Below are positions 16,759 through 25,860 of a stretch of DNA of 52,998 nt, one piece after another. Where the stretch lies: assembly GCA_003555075.1 (NCBI GenBank), contig PWHW01000005.1, positions 1 through 52,998 of the forward strand, given 5' to 3'. Source of the stretch: Candidatus Nealsonbacteria bacterium (lineage in GTDB: Bacteria; Patescibacteriota; Minisyncoccia; Minisyncoccales; PWPS01). Position 1 is the stretch's first letter; each line of letters opens with the position of its first letter. Below the pieces are notes generated by a model. It searched no databases, was not told where the DNA came from, and saw only the letters and a program-made list of their open reading frames with translations. The translations under genes were made by a program, and so were the position numbers.

Positions 16759-17187
16759 ATGGTCGTTTCCCGGGTTTCTTACAAGGAGGAGATAGTAAAG
16801 ATGTTAATGAATGATGTGGAGCAATTCAATGGTTGGCGGAGAAGAAGTAATGTCATGAAATTGGATCTTGCGGGTGCATGTTTGTCGTTTGCCAATATTG
16901 CGGGTGCTGATTTGAGTGAGGTGGAGCTAGGAGGGGCGGATCTCAGTTATGCAGATCTTTCACGAGTAAATTTCAGCAAGGCCAATCTAAAAAAGGCAAA
17001 TTTTAGAGGAGCCAACTTATCCGAAGCGAATTTTACGGAAGCGTGTCTATATCAAGCTGATTTCTCCGGGTGTATCTTCAAAGGAAATTCTTTTCATGAA
17101 GCGAATTTGTGGAATGCGAAAGGGGTGCCCTCGGAAATAATTTCCCGGTATATAGAAGAGTTTCAAAGTTCATTGAGATCCGAGTAA
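16759..17187 (+). CDS. Pentapeptide repeat protein
   Basis: A(D/N)L/F..-type repeats (ADLSE, ADLSY, ANLKK, ANFRG, ANLSE); N-terminal VEQFNGWR; ATG 16759 with GAGGAGG upstream. Confidence 0.88.
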   Translation: MVVSRVSYKEEIVKMLMNDVEQFNGWRRRSNVMKLDLAGACLSFANIAGADLSEVELGGADLSYADLSRVNFSKANLKKANFRGANLSEANFTEACLYQADFSGCIFKGNSFHEANLWNAKGVPSEIISRYIEEFQSSLRSE

Positions 17188-17201
17188 GATTTCTTCCTCT
17201 C

Positions 17202-17227
17202 AAAAAGCCCTTTCAAAAGGGCTTTTT
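17202..17227. terminator. Intrinsic terminator
   Basis: AAAAAGCCCTTT / AAAGGGCTTTTT inverted repeat. Confidence 0.75.
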
Positions 17228-17281
17228 CATAGAATGACAAAACTCTTACGAAGAGAAGTTCTTGTTTGTTGAGTTAGTAGT

Positions 17282-18025
17282 ATGCATGACAGAAAACGTT
17301 TCAGAATAGATAGATTCCTGGTAGAAGAGGGATTTTTTAATTCCAGGCAAAAGGCGATAGAATCATTAAAGAGCGGGGAGGTGTTTGTGAATGGGCAACC
17401 GATATACAAGCCGAGCCATCCGATAAGGGGAAAGGAGGTCATATTCTTGACCGAACCCGGAAATCCTTGGGTGTCAAGGGGTGGATTGAAGTTGAAAGAG
17501 GCATTCAATATTTGGAATTTGAAGGTTGATGGTCTTATTTGCATGGATGTGGGTGCTTCTACGGGAGGATTCACAGATGTTCTTCTTTATTATTCCGCCC
17601 AAAAGGTTTATGCCGTGGATGTGGGAAAGGATCAATTGAGCAAAAGAATAAAGAATGATCCGAGGGTCGTTTGCATAGAGAGAACCGATTTCAGGAATTT
17701 GGACGATAAAAACATAAAAGAGAGCATAGGATTTATCAGTATTGATGTTTCTTATATCTCTTTGACTTTGATTTTAAAAAAAGCAGGAAGTATACTTGAT
17801 AAAGGGGGTGCGATCATCGCCCTTATAAAACCACAATTTGAACTTGGGGAATCGGGAGGATTAAAAAAAGGGGTTGTAAAAAGAGAGAAAGAACAAAAAG
17901 CAGCTATTGCAAGGGTTGCATCGTTTGCAGAAGATGTTGGTCTTGTAGTTTGCGGTATCACTCCTTCTCCTCTTCTCGGGAGAAAGGGTAACAGGGAGTT
18001 TTTAATTCATCTAAAAAAACCATGA
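17282..18025 (+). CDS. tlyA: TlyA family rRNA 2'-O-methyltransferase
   Basis: S4 domain, VSRGGLKL, DVGASTGGFTD, DVSYISL, LIKPQFE and GNREF motifs. Confidence 0.93.
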   Translation: MHDRKRFRIDRFLVEEGFFNSRQKAIESLKSGEVFVNGQPIYKPSHPIRGKEVIFLTEPGNPWVSRGGLKLKEAFNIWNLKVDGLICMDVGASTGGFTDVLLYYSAQKVYAVDVGKDQLSKRIKNDPRVVCIERTDFRNLDDKNIKESIGFISIDVSYISLTLILKKAGSILDKGGAIIALIKPQFELGESGGLKKGVVKREKEQKAAIARVASFAEDVGLVVCGITPSPLLGRKGNREFLIHLKKP

Positions 18026-18417
18026 AAAAAGAGCTTCATTTCTCTACTATGGAAAGATACGAGTTTCTGGATATTACTTCCTCTGTAAAGGAAGTTATAA
18101 GGGAGAGCGGAGTAAAAGAGGGGATGGTCTTGGTATTTTCTTTACATTCTACGGCGGCGATCATGATAGCGGAAAACGAAGGTGGCCTCCTGAAGGATTT
18201 TAATAAATTTTTTAATGAGATCGTTCCCGATGCCGATTTTTTACACGACAAAATAGATAATAATACTGATTCTCACATTCTTGCGAGTATCGTGGGGCAG
18301 GGAGAGTGTTTGCCTATTGGGGAAGGTAAGTTGGAACAAGGGACTTGGCAGAGCATTTTTCTTGCTGAATTTGATGGACCAAGAAAAAGAAAAGTGCTTA
18401 TAAAGGTCATAACATGA
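18022..18417 (+). CDS. yjbQ: YjbQ / UPF0047 family protein
   Basis: DIT, HSTAA...ENE, N.DSHI and GTWQ.IFL.EFDGPR motifs. Confidence 0.9.
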   Translation: MKKELHFSTMERYEFLDITSSVKEVIRESGVKEGMVLVFSLHSTAAIMIAENEGGLLKDFNKFFNEIVPDADFLHDKIDNNTDSHILASIVGQGECLPIGEGKLEQGTWQSIFLAEFDGPRKRKVLIKVIT

Positions 18418-19316
18418 ACAATCCTTCTTATCTCAGTCTTTCCTCTAAGGAACTTGAGTCAAGATCCGAGAGGGCATTTAGCTTGCTCTCTTGCTGCAAT
18501 ATATGTCCTCGTAATTGCAGGATCAACAGAATCAAGGGAGAGAGGGGGTGTTGCGGTATTGGGGCGAGACCCACTGTTTCTTCTTATTTTCCTCACTTTG
18601 GAGAAGAGAAGGTTCTTACGGGAAGACATGGGTCGGGAACCGTTTTTTTGACAGGATGCAATCTATCTTGCGTATATTGTCAAAATTACGAGATCTCTCA
18701 AATGAAGGTAGGGGAGGAGTTTTCTTTTGAAGGGCTTGCGGAGATCATGGTGTCTCTTCAAAGAAAGGGATGTTGTAATATAAATTTTGTTACTCCCACC
18801 TCCCAGGTTCCTGCCATATTAAAATCACTTACTTTTGCCGTAAAAAAGGGTTTAAATATCCCGCTTGTTTATAATACCAATGCTTATGACTCGGTTGAAA
18901 CGCTGGAACTTTTGGAGGGTATATTCGATATATATATGCCTGATATGAAATATCACGGAGAACAAGAGGCACGTAAATATTCCAAGATTTCCGGTTATCC
19001 TCGGGTTGCGCAAATTGCCATAAAGGAAATGCATAGGCAAGTAGGAGATCTGAAAGTGAACCGGGAGGGGGTAGCAAAAAAGGGACTTCTTGTAAGGCAC
19101 CTTGTTTTGCCCAATGATTTATCAAAGACCGAAGGTGTACTTCGTTTCATAAAAGAAGAGGTGTCCGAGAATACCTTTATCAATATAATGGGGCAATACA
19201 GACCTTTTTATAAAGCTTTTGATCATCCTGAGCTCTCAAAGGCAATAACTTCTCGCGAACATCGAAGATATGTTGAGTTTGCAGAACAAATAGGCCTTAA
19301 AAGGGTTTATTCTTGA
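18414..19316 (+). CDS. PflX-like radical SAM protein
   Basis: N-terminal CNICPRNC, HFGEE, GSGTVF, CNLSCVYCQN, DIYMPDMKY and VRHLVLP motifs. Confidence 0.88.
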   Translation: MNNPSYLSLSSKELESRSERAFSLLSCCNICPRNCRINRIKGERGCCGIGARPTVSSYFPHFGEEKVLTGRHGSGTVFLTGCNLSCVYCQNYEISQMKVGEEFSFEGLAEIMVSLQRKGCCNINFVTPTSQVPAILKSLTFAVKKGLNIPLVYNTNAYDSVETLELLEGIFDIYMPDMKYHGEQEARKYSKISGYPRVAQIAIKEMHRQVGDLKVNREGVAKKGLLVRHLVLPNDLSKTEGVLRFIKEEVSENTFINIMGQYRPFYKAFDHPELSKAITSREHRRYVEFAEQIGLKRVYS

Positions 19317-19405
19317 TTTTTGTTTGTTATAATGAGATTAACACTCAAGGAGAAATATCCCTGTGAAAAAAGGTCGTGGTATAAATAATGGTCAGTAAAT
19401 AATAT

Positions 19406-19780
19406 ATGCCAATAAACGAAAAATCTCCAATACATGAAAAGGATCCCGGAGGGGAGGAGCTTTCGGAAAGGGAAAAGAGAGAAGCGAATTTAGATGAAAT
19501 GAGGAGCAAGGGAGAAGAGGGCTATGAAAAAATAATGGATGAAATGTATTCGGAAGTAAGGGAAAGGGTGGAGGAGGTGCTAAGTAAAAAAGGAACACTA
19601 GATAGTGGTGATATTGAGCTTACTCCCAATGAGATCGATGTTATTGAAACGATGCTTGGAGAGAAATATTCTGATGAGGAAAGTATTGAGGATGAGGTGG
19701 ACGGAGAAATATGGAGAATATGCAAGCAAAAAAGAAAAGAGATACTGGAAGAAGCGGAATGGCCAAAAGAGGAGCACTAG
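19406..19780 (+). CDS. Acidic hypothetical protein
   Basis: 124-aa Glu-rich ORF with typical codon usage; no motif recognised. Confidence 0.65.
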   Translation: MPINEKSPIHEKDPGGEELSEREKREANLDEMRSKGEEGYEKIMDEMYSEVRERVEEVLSKKGTLDSGDIELTPNEIDVIETMLGEKYSDEESIEDEVDGEIWRICKQKRKEILEEAEWPKEEH

Positions 19781-19968
19781 AAAGGTGAACAATACCCTAT
19801 TTTCCTTCACCTGAAAGGCTTTATGAAGGGCTTTATCGTGATGCCACTAAGGGAGCCCGTGGAAAGGCTTTTGTTAAAGCAATATTACATGGATCAGCAA
19901 AAAGAGCATTTTTGAGATCAGACCATCGAAGAGCTTGTTCTTAGGCGTCTTAGTTTGATACAATCAAA

Positions 19969-20685
19969 ATGTACAAGGAAAAGTGCCCAGGAATAATAAT
20001 CATTTTACTTTTTATTGGTGTAATTTCTGTAGGAGCTTTTATGTTTTTTAAAGAGGAGGAAAATAAAAGCAAAGATCATTTGGTGGATAACGAGACAAAC
20101 CTACCAAAGCCCAAAAGGGAAAGTGATGTTTCCCTGGAAGAGACTCTCCACTCAAGAAGGAGTATCAGGGATTTCAGGGACAGGGCCATTTCTCTAGAGG
20201 AAGTTTCGCAATTATTGTGGGCGGGACAAGGAGTTACGGAAGAAAATGGGAAGCGAGCAACCCCTTCTGCGGGAGCTACCTACCCCCTGGAGGTCTATAT
20301 AGTTGCAAATAATGTAGAGGGGGTCGAGGAAGGTGTTTATCTTTTCCACCCTGAGAAACACAACTTGAGCAAGATTTTGGAAGGGGATGTGAGCGAGAAA
20401 CTCGCTTCTGCCGCGCTCGGGCAGGATTTTATTGCTCAAGCTCCCGTGAATATCGTTATAACAGGCGTTTATGAAAGAACTGTTTCCCGGTATGGGGAAA
20501 GAGGGGAGAGGTATGTTCACATGGAAGCGGGACATGCTTCACAGAATATCTATCTTCAATGCGAATCATTGAACCTTGGCACTGTAACCGTGGGAGCATT
20601 TGGCAACGAAGAGGTAATCGAGGTCTTGAAACTCAATGAAGAAGAGGAGCCTTTGTACATAATGCCTGTGGGGTATCCTTTATAA
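19969..20685 (+). CDS. SagB/ThcOx-family nitroreductase-fold protein with N-terminal TM anchor
   Basis: RRSIRDF, LLWAGQG, PSAGATYPLE, YGERG.RY..MEAGH..QN and GAF motifs. Confidence 0.87.
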   Translation: MYKEKCPGIIIILLFIGVISVGAFMFFKEEENKSKDHLVDNETNLPKPKRESDVSLEETLHSRRSIRDFRDRAISLEEVSQLLWAGQGVTEENGKRATPSAGATYPLEVYIVANNVEGVEEGVYLFHPEKHNLSKILEGDVSEKLASAALGQDFIAQAPVNIVITGVYERTVSRYGERGERYVHMEAGHASQNIYLQCESLNLGTVTVGAFGNEEVIEVLKLNEEEEPLYIMPVGYPL

Positions 20686-20694
20686 CTGTTGCTT

Positions 20695-21450
20695 ATGCAG
20701 GAATTTTCCAAAAAATTAGTAAAAAGGGCGGGAGATAAGCTTCTCTCTCAATTCAAGGAAGAAAAAAGGCTTCTTTCGGTAAGAAAAGGAAGCAAGGAGG
20801 TGGTTACCAGATATGACAAGGAGATGGACGAATTCCTTATAAAGGAAATAGAAAAGAAATATCCTAGGCACAGTCTTTTGACCGAAGAGTCAGGCCTTAA
20901 TGACAAAGGTTCCGATTACCTTTGGATAATAGATTCCTTGGACGGAAGTGGAAATTTTGCGAACGGCAACCCTCTTTTCTCCATTTGTATCGCCCTCCTT
21001 CATAAAGGAGAGATCATTATGGGATTAACTTATGCTCCCGCCATTGATGAGTTCTATTTTGCGAGAAAAGGAAGGGGTGCCTATTTGAATGAGAAAAAAA
21101 TAGAGGTTTCGGAAGTGGATAGGCTGAAGAGGTCCTATATTGCTTTTTGTGACGGATTTGAAAAAGACAAAAGGAAGCTCTCGAAAAAGCTCTCCAAGAT
21201 ATTTGAGAATGTTATAGACTTAAGAAAAATAGGTTCTGCGGGGGTGGAAACGGGCTGGGTTGCCTCGGGTAGGATGGACGGATTTGTTATGTTTCAGGGA
21301 GATCCTTGGGATATTGCTTCCGGAGTTATCATTACCGAGGAGGCCGGAGGAAAAGTTACTGATTTTGACGGAAAATTCTGGCAAAACCGAAGAGGTGACT
21401 TTCTGTTTTCCAATGGAAGGATACATGAGAGCTTGAGAAAAATTGTTTAG
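20695..21450 (+). CDS. Inositol monophosphatase family protein (SuhB/FBPase-like)
   Basis: VT..D, TEES, WIIDSLDGSGNF and PWDIASG...EEAGG motifs. Confidence 0.88.
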   Translation: MQEFSKKLVKRAGDKLLSQFKEEKRLLSVRKGSKEVVTRYDKEMDEFLIKEIEKKYPRHSLLTEESGLNDKGSDYLWIIDSLDGSGNFANGNPLFSICIALLHKGEIIMGLTYAPAIDEFYFARKGRGAYLNEKKIEVSEVDRLKRSYIAFCDGFEKDKRKLSKKLSKIFENVIDLRKIGSAGVETGWVASGRMDGFVMFQGDPWDIASGVIITEEAGGKVTDFDGKFWQNRRGDFLFSNGRIHESLRKIV

Positions 21451-21968
21451 TCCTGGTATTTTTTGGCTTGAAAACGAAAAAGGGACATTTTTTCCTTCTG
21501 TGGGTTTATTCCCGCTTTTTTGCATGCAGTGAGGATTTGTTCTTCGGGAGTATCGATTCCTTCAAGACCTGGAAGAAGAAGACTCTTTCGAAAGGATCTT
21601 TCTCCTTTCACTATAATGCCGTATCTTGCGGGGTCCAGATTTCCCAGGTCTTCTATTTGCTCAGGTTCTTCCAGGATATGAACTTCATAAGAGAGAAGAG
21701 GGAGCTCCTCTTCTTTTATGGGGCCGAAGCGGTCATCTTTGGAGGCGGCCGCTATTGCGTTATGAATTATTTCACTTGCAAGACTCTCTTTGGTGGGCAA
21801 GTAAGTGCCTATGCACGCTCTGAGCTTACCCTCTTTTTTAATGGTCACAAAAACTCCAGCTTTTCTTTTTAAAAGTTCCTCGGGCAGATCTTCGGAAGGA
21901 TTCATTATAACACCCTCTCTTACGAATTTTTCTACCGCGCTCTTTGTTATTTTCGTGTAATGACTCAT
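21447..21968 (-). CDS. amrA: AmmeMemoRadiSam system protein A (AMMECR1 domain)
   Basis: GVFVTI, LRACIGT, AAA..DDRF, LLLP and KKAG motifs. Confidence 0.9.
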   Translation of the reverse strand: MSHYTKITKSAVEKFVREGVIMNPSEDLPEELLKRKAGVFVTIKKEGKLRACIGTYLPTKESLASEIIHNAIAAASKDDRFGPIKEEELPLLSYEVHILEEPEQIEDLGNLDPARYGIIVKGERSFRKSLLLPGLEGIDTPEEQILTACKKAGINPQKEKMSLFRFQAKKYQD

Positions 21969-22594
21969 AATTCAAAACCCGCTACAAGATAGCCGACGCC
22001 GAAGGGTCCCTCGTAGGAAAGAATCCGCGGGCGATAACTCTTTTCTTTCACTTCGACTCTTCTCTCCAGGATGCCAAGCAGGAAAGAAAAAGAGCGTAGT
22101 CCGCATTCTCCGGCTTCCGGATACTTACGATCAAGCTCCAGAATATTTTTTACATCTTTCCTTTCCAGGGCTCTTATGAGCTCCTTGTCAAATTTTTCTC
22201 CATCTGGATGGTAATCATAAGGCCCTTCATTCTTTAGTCGATGCGAGAGGTCTCCACTTGCTATTAATGCCACTCCTCCTCTGTTCTTTATTTCAAGATC
22301 GTAGATTTCTTTTCCTTTTTTGAAATGCCCTTCAGGATCTTCGGTGCCGGTGAGGTGTGTTACAACCTTTCCTTGAAATTTTTCCGCCAAGAAAGAAAGA
22401 GGAACATTGAATCCCCAGTCGGGGTGGGGAGAAGAGATAAGAATGCTTTGCGGAGACACTTTTTTTAGTTCTTCTCCTAAAGCATTCAAATTTTGAATAG
22501 TATTCTTGACTTTTTCTCTATCCTCTTTGGATCCTATGGAGGAAAGTAAGATCGGGGGATGGGGAGTTATGGCGGCAAAAACGATATCAGGCAT
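21965..22594 (-). CDS. AmmeMemoRadiSam system protein B (Memo/LigB-like, shortened)
   Basis: PHPPIL, SPH, IASGDLSH, AGECG and YEGPFGVGY motifs. Confidence 0.85.
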   Translation of the reverse strand: MPDIVFAAITPHPPILLSSIGSKEDREKVKNTIQNLNALGEELKKVSPQSILISSPHPDWGFNVPLSFLAEKFQGKVVTHLTGTEDPEGHFKKGKEIYDLEIKNRGGVALIASGDLSHRLKNEGPYDYHPDGEKFDKELIRALERKDVKNILELDRKYPEAGECGLRSFSFLLGILERRVEVKEKSYRPRILSYEGPFGVGYLVAGFEL

Positions 22595-22609
22595 AGCCGG
22601 ATAATTTAT

Positions 22610-23629
22610 TTAATTATTCAAAATGATTTCCATAGGCTCTCCGCAAGAAGAACAAGTTCCTTTCTTGTCGTGTCTTTCTATCTTAAAGCCCGCTCTTTCG
22701 ATAACCATCTCTCCGCATTCGGGGCAATAAGTGTCCTCAAGTGAATGTCCGGGTGTATTGCCTAAATATACATACCTTAACCCCTCCTCTTTTCCTATTC
22801 TGTGGGCCCTTTCCAGCGTTTCAAGCGGAGTGGGAGGGAGGTCCTGTAATTTCCAAGATATATCTCCCGAAAAACGACTTATGTGCCAAGGAGTTTCCTC
22901 TCCGAGCTCTCTTGCGATGAATTTCGCTATATCTCTAAGCATTTCCTCTTTATCGGAAAGAGTGGGAATGGAAAGAGTTGTTATTTCGGTCCATATTCCG
23001 TTGTTCTTTAGTGTTTTTGCGGTTTCAAGAACCGGATCGAGTCTTGCTCCGCAATTAGATTTGTAAAACTCCTCTGAAAAACTTTTTATATCTATATTAA
23101 TGGCATCAAGGTAAGGGATAATTGCTTCTCTTGTCTCTTTTGTCATGAATCCGTGGGAAACGAAACAATTTTTTATTCCTTCTTCTTTTGCAAGTTTCAT
23201 GATATCGAGAGCATACTCCAAAAAGGCGAGGGGATCCGTGTAGGTGTAAGAAATGCTTGGAACGGAATTCTTTTTTGCTATTTTTATCACTTCTTCCGGA
23301 GAGACCTCACTACCCGGTATATCATCTGACATCTTTGGGCCCTGAGATATGTCGAAATTCTGACAATTCTTACAGGAAAAAGAGCATCCGGCGGCGCCTA
23401 TTGAAAAAGAAGGTGTTCCCGGCAAGAAATGGAACAAAGGCTTTTTCTCTATGGGGTCAATATTCATTGCCGCAGCTTTTTTGTGATTAAGAGAGAACAG
23501 TTTCCCGTCTTTGTTCTTCCTTACTCCGCACTTCCCCTTTTCTCCGGAAAATATGACACAAAAGTGTGCGCAAGTGCGACATTGCACCTTCTTTTCTTTT
23601 AATTTTTTATATAGATATGACTCTTTCAT
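22610..23629 (-). CDS. amrS: AmmeMemoRadiSam system radical SAM enzyme
   Basis: CRTCAHFC, G.CGVR, DPIEKKPLFHF.PG, CSFSCKNCQN, YVYLGN and C-terminal CPEC...CSSC motifs. Confidence 0.93.
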   Translation of the reverse strand: MKESYLYKKLKEKKVQCRTCAHFCVIFSGEKGKCGVRKNKDGKLFSLNHKKAAAMNIDPIEKKPLFHFLPGTPSFSIGAAGCSFSCKNCQNFDISQGPKMSDDIPGSEVSPEEVIKIAKKNSVPSISYTYTDPLAFLEYALDIMKLAKEEGIKNCFVSHGFMTKETREAIIPYLDAINIDIKSFSEEFYKSNCGARLDPVLETAKTLKNNGIWTEITTLSIPTLSDKEEMLRDIAKFIARELGEETPWHISRFSGDISWKLQDLPPTPLETLERAHRIGKEEGLRYVYLGNTPGHSLEDTYCPECGEMVIERAGFKIERHDKKGTCSSCGEPMEIILNN

Positions 23630-23678
23630 TTTTTGATTATAGTGAAAGAAAGGATATAATTCAATTCACTTATTAGTC

Positions 23679-24179
23679 ATGAGGATGAACAAAGATTTCT
23701 TCAAAAAAGATTCAAGAGAAGTCGCTTTTGCTTTACTTGAGAGTAATATAGTAAGAGAGGTCGGTAATGAGATGTTTTCACTTGAAGTGAACGAAGTGGA
23801 GATATATGAAGGATTCAAAGACAAGGCCTCTCATGCTTATAAGGGGAAAAGAGGAAGAAATAAGGTGATGTTCGAGGAAGGAGGAGTTCTTTATGTTTAT
23901 CTTGTGTATGGTATTCATTCCATACTTAATGTGGTTACGGATAAAAAGGATTACCCGGCGGCAGTATTGATAAGAGGAGCCGGAAAGTTCAGCGGACCCG
24001 GGAGGCTGACCAAAGCTTTGGGTATTAGCACTCTTTTAAACAGAAAAGAGGTAGGAAAAGAGAGTGGTCTATGGTTTGAAAGAAACAGAAGAGCGGGGAA
24101 GATAAGAATGGTCCCAAGGGTGGGAATTCATTACGCAGAAGAATGGAAAGAAGCTTCTTTGCGTTTCATAAAGGAATGA
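23679..24179 (+). CDS. DNA-3-methyladenine glycosylase (MPG/AAG family)
   Basis: EVEIYEG..DKASHA, YVYLVYG, AVLIR, GPGRLT and PRVGI motifs. Confidence 0.88.
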   Translation: MRMNKDFFKKDSREVAFALLESNIVREVGNEMFSLEVNEVEIYEGFKDKASHAYKGKRGRNKVMFEEGGVLYVYLVYGIHSILNVVTDKKDYPAAVLIRGAGKFSGPGRLTKALGISTLLNRKEVGKESGLWFERNRRAGKIRMVPRVGIHYAEEWKEASLRFIKE

Positions 24180-24200
24180 GAGCGGAAGTTTCAATATTGT

Positions 24201-24665
24201 TTATCTTTGGGGGGCTTCGTGATCTGACCTTCTTCTTATGAATTTGTTCTCAAAGGAAGTGAACCCGTGGAAAACGAATAAAGTAAGAAAAGTAGCGAAT
24301 ATAGAGGGAAGATAAATTCCCATTCCAATTCCCGCTCCTACTGCGGCGGAGACCCATAGGCCGGCGGCAGTGGTTAATCCTTCTACTTCAAATTTTCTTT
24401 TTATGATAAGACCCCCTCCTATGAACCCCACTCCCACTACGATTGAAGCCAATACACGAGAAGGGTCCAGGCTTATTTCTTCCAAAGGAAATCCTTGTAG
24501 TGTGTATCGGTTCAAAGCAATAAACATTGCTGCTCCCATGCAAACGAGAGCATGAGTCTTCATTCCTGCAGGTTTCTCCTTATATCCTCTCTCTATTCCT
24601 ATGAGAGCACCCAGAATGGTGGCAAGGAAAAGTTGTATGAATATCAAAAACGTTGTTTCTTCCAT
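24201..24665 (-). CDS. MgtC/SapB family membrane protein
   Basis: GALIGIER, AGMKTH, DPSRV, GVGFIGGG and GLTTAA..W motifs. Confidence 0.9.
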   Translation of the reverse strand: MEETTFLIFIQLFLATILGALIGIERGYKEKPAGMKTHALVCMGAAMFIALNRYTLQGFPLEEISLDPSRVLASIVVGVGFIGGGLIIKRKFEVEGLTTAAGLWVSAAVGAGIGMGIYLPSIFATFLTLFVFHGFTSFENKFIRRRSDHEAPQR

Positions 24666-24803
24666 CTTTTTCTTTTATTATAACTTATCAAGCAATTATA
24701 AACATTTTTTTATTTCAGGCAAAGGTTTTTTTAGTTTTTGATCTGTTATTCTGTTTCGAATCAAGTTCCTGATTTAAGTGAAAGCTTAAAAGATTCAGTT
24801 CAT

Positions 24804-25850
24804 ATGTCTTTCAAGGTAGGTATCGTGGGTTTGCCGAATGTAGGTAAGTCCACTCTATTTAAAGCAGTTACAAAAAAACAAGTGGAAAGTGAGAATTATC
24901 CTTTTTGCACCATTGACCCCAATATTGGTGTGGTGGAGGTTCCCGACAGGAGATTGGAAGCGATATCGCGAATATCTAGTTCGGAAAGAACTGTTCATAC
25001 TACGATAGAATTTGTTGATATTGCGGGACTTGTAAGAGGAGCTCATCAAGGAAGAGGTTTGGGGAACAAGTTTTTGGCTCACATAAGAGAGGTGGATGCC
25101 ATAGTAGAGGTTACCAGAGGTTTCGAGGATAACAATGTGATTCATACGGAAAACGGTGTGAATCCGGAAAGGGACAAGGAAATAATTGATTTTGAACTTA
25201 TGGTAGCCGATCTTCAGACAGTTGATGGATTAATCGAAAAATTCGGCAAAGATCTTGCGAAAGATAACGAATCTTTCTTAAAAGTAAATACCTTGAAAAA
25301 AGCCAAAGAGTTCTTGGAAAAGGAAAAGCCTCTTAGAGATATGGAATTAAGTGCAAAAGAACGGGAAGCGATCAAAGAATTTAATTTTTTAACGAATAAA
25401 CCAATCATTCATTTGAAGAACGTTGACGGGGTTCCGGGGAATAAAGAAGAGGATTTTCTGAAAATAAATGCTAAAATGGAAGCTGAAATGGCAGGGCTTT
25501 CGGAGAAGGATATGGAAGAATATATGAAAGCTGTAGGACTAAAGGAAAGTGGTTTGAGTAAGCTCATCAGAAAGAGTTATAACTCCTTGAACCTTGTTTC
25601 TTTCTTTACTTCCGGGGAGAAGGAAACAAGAGCGTGGACGGTAAAAAAAGGATCTCTTGCTCCTGCTGCCGCAGGTAAGATCCACAGTGATTTTGAAAGG
25701 GAATTCATAAGAGCGGAAGTAGCAAATACCGATGAATTCATCAAGCATGAAGGGTGGTCTAACTTAAGGGAGGTCGGAAAGGTCAAAGACAAGGGAAAAC
25801 ATTACGAGGTGCAGGACGGGGATATTATTTTTTTCAAAACTTCAGCATAA
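24804..25850 (+). CDS. ychF: Redox-regulated ATPase YchF
   Basis: GIVGLPNVGKSTLF, NYPFCTI, DIAGLV, ETRAWT and AGKIHSD motifs; start at ATG 24804. Confidence 0.96.
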   Translation: MSFKVGIVGLPNVGKSTLFKAVTKKQVESENYPFCTIDPNIGVVEVPDRRLEAISRISSSERTVHTTIEFVDIAGLVRGAHQGRGLGNKFLAHIREVDAIVEVTRGFEDNNVIHTENGVNPERDKEIIDFELMVADLQTVDGLIEKFGKDLAKDNESFLKVNTLKKAKEFLEKEKPLRDMELSAKEREAIKEFNFLTNKPIIHLKNVDGVPGNKEEDFLKINAKMEAEMAGLSEKDMEEYMKAVGLKESGLSKLIRKSYNSLNLVSFFTSGEKETRAWTVKKGSLAPAAAGKIHSDFEREFIRAEVANTDEFIKHEGWSNLREVGKVKDKGKHYEVQDGDIIFFKTSA

Positions 25851-25860
25851 TTTCTTACTC

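Noticed and set aside
19781-19968. Intergenic stretch with short GAA(A/G)GGCTTT repeats and short open frames
   Set aside because: Possibly a gene remnant, but no start, recognisable motif or stable structure to support a call
18414-23629. The two radical SAM genes as hydrogenase maturases HydE/HydG
   Set aside because: Motifs match PflX-like and AmrS families; no BATS/ThiH-type features seen
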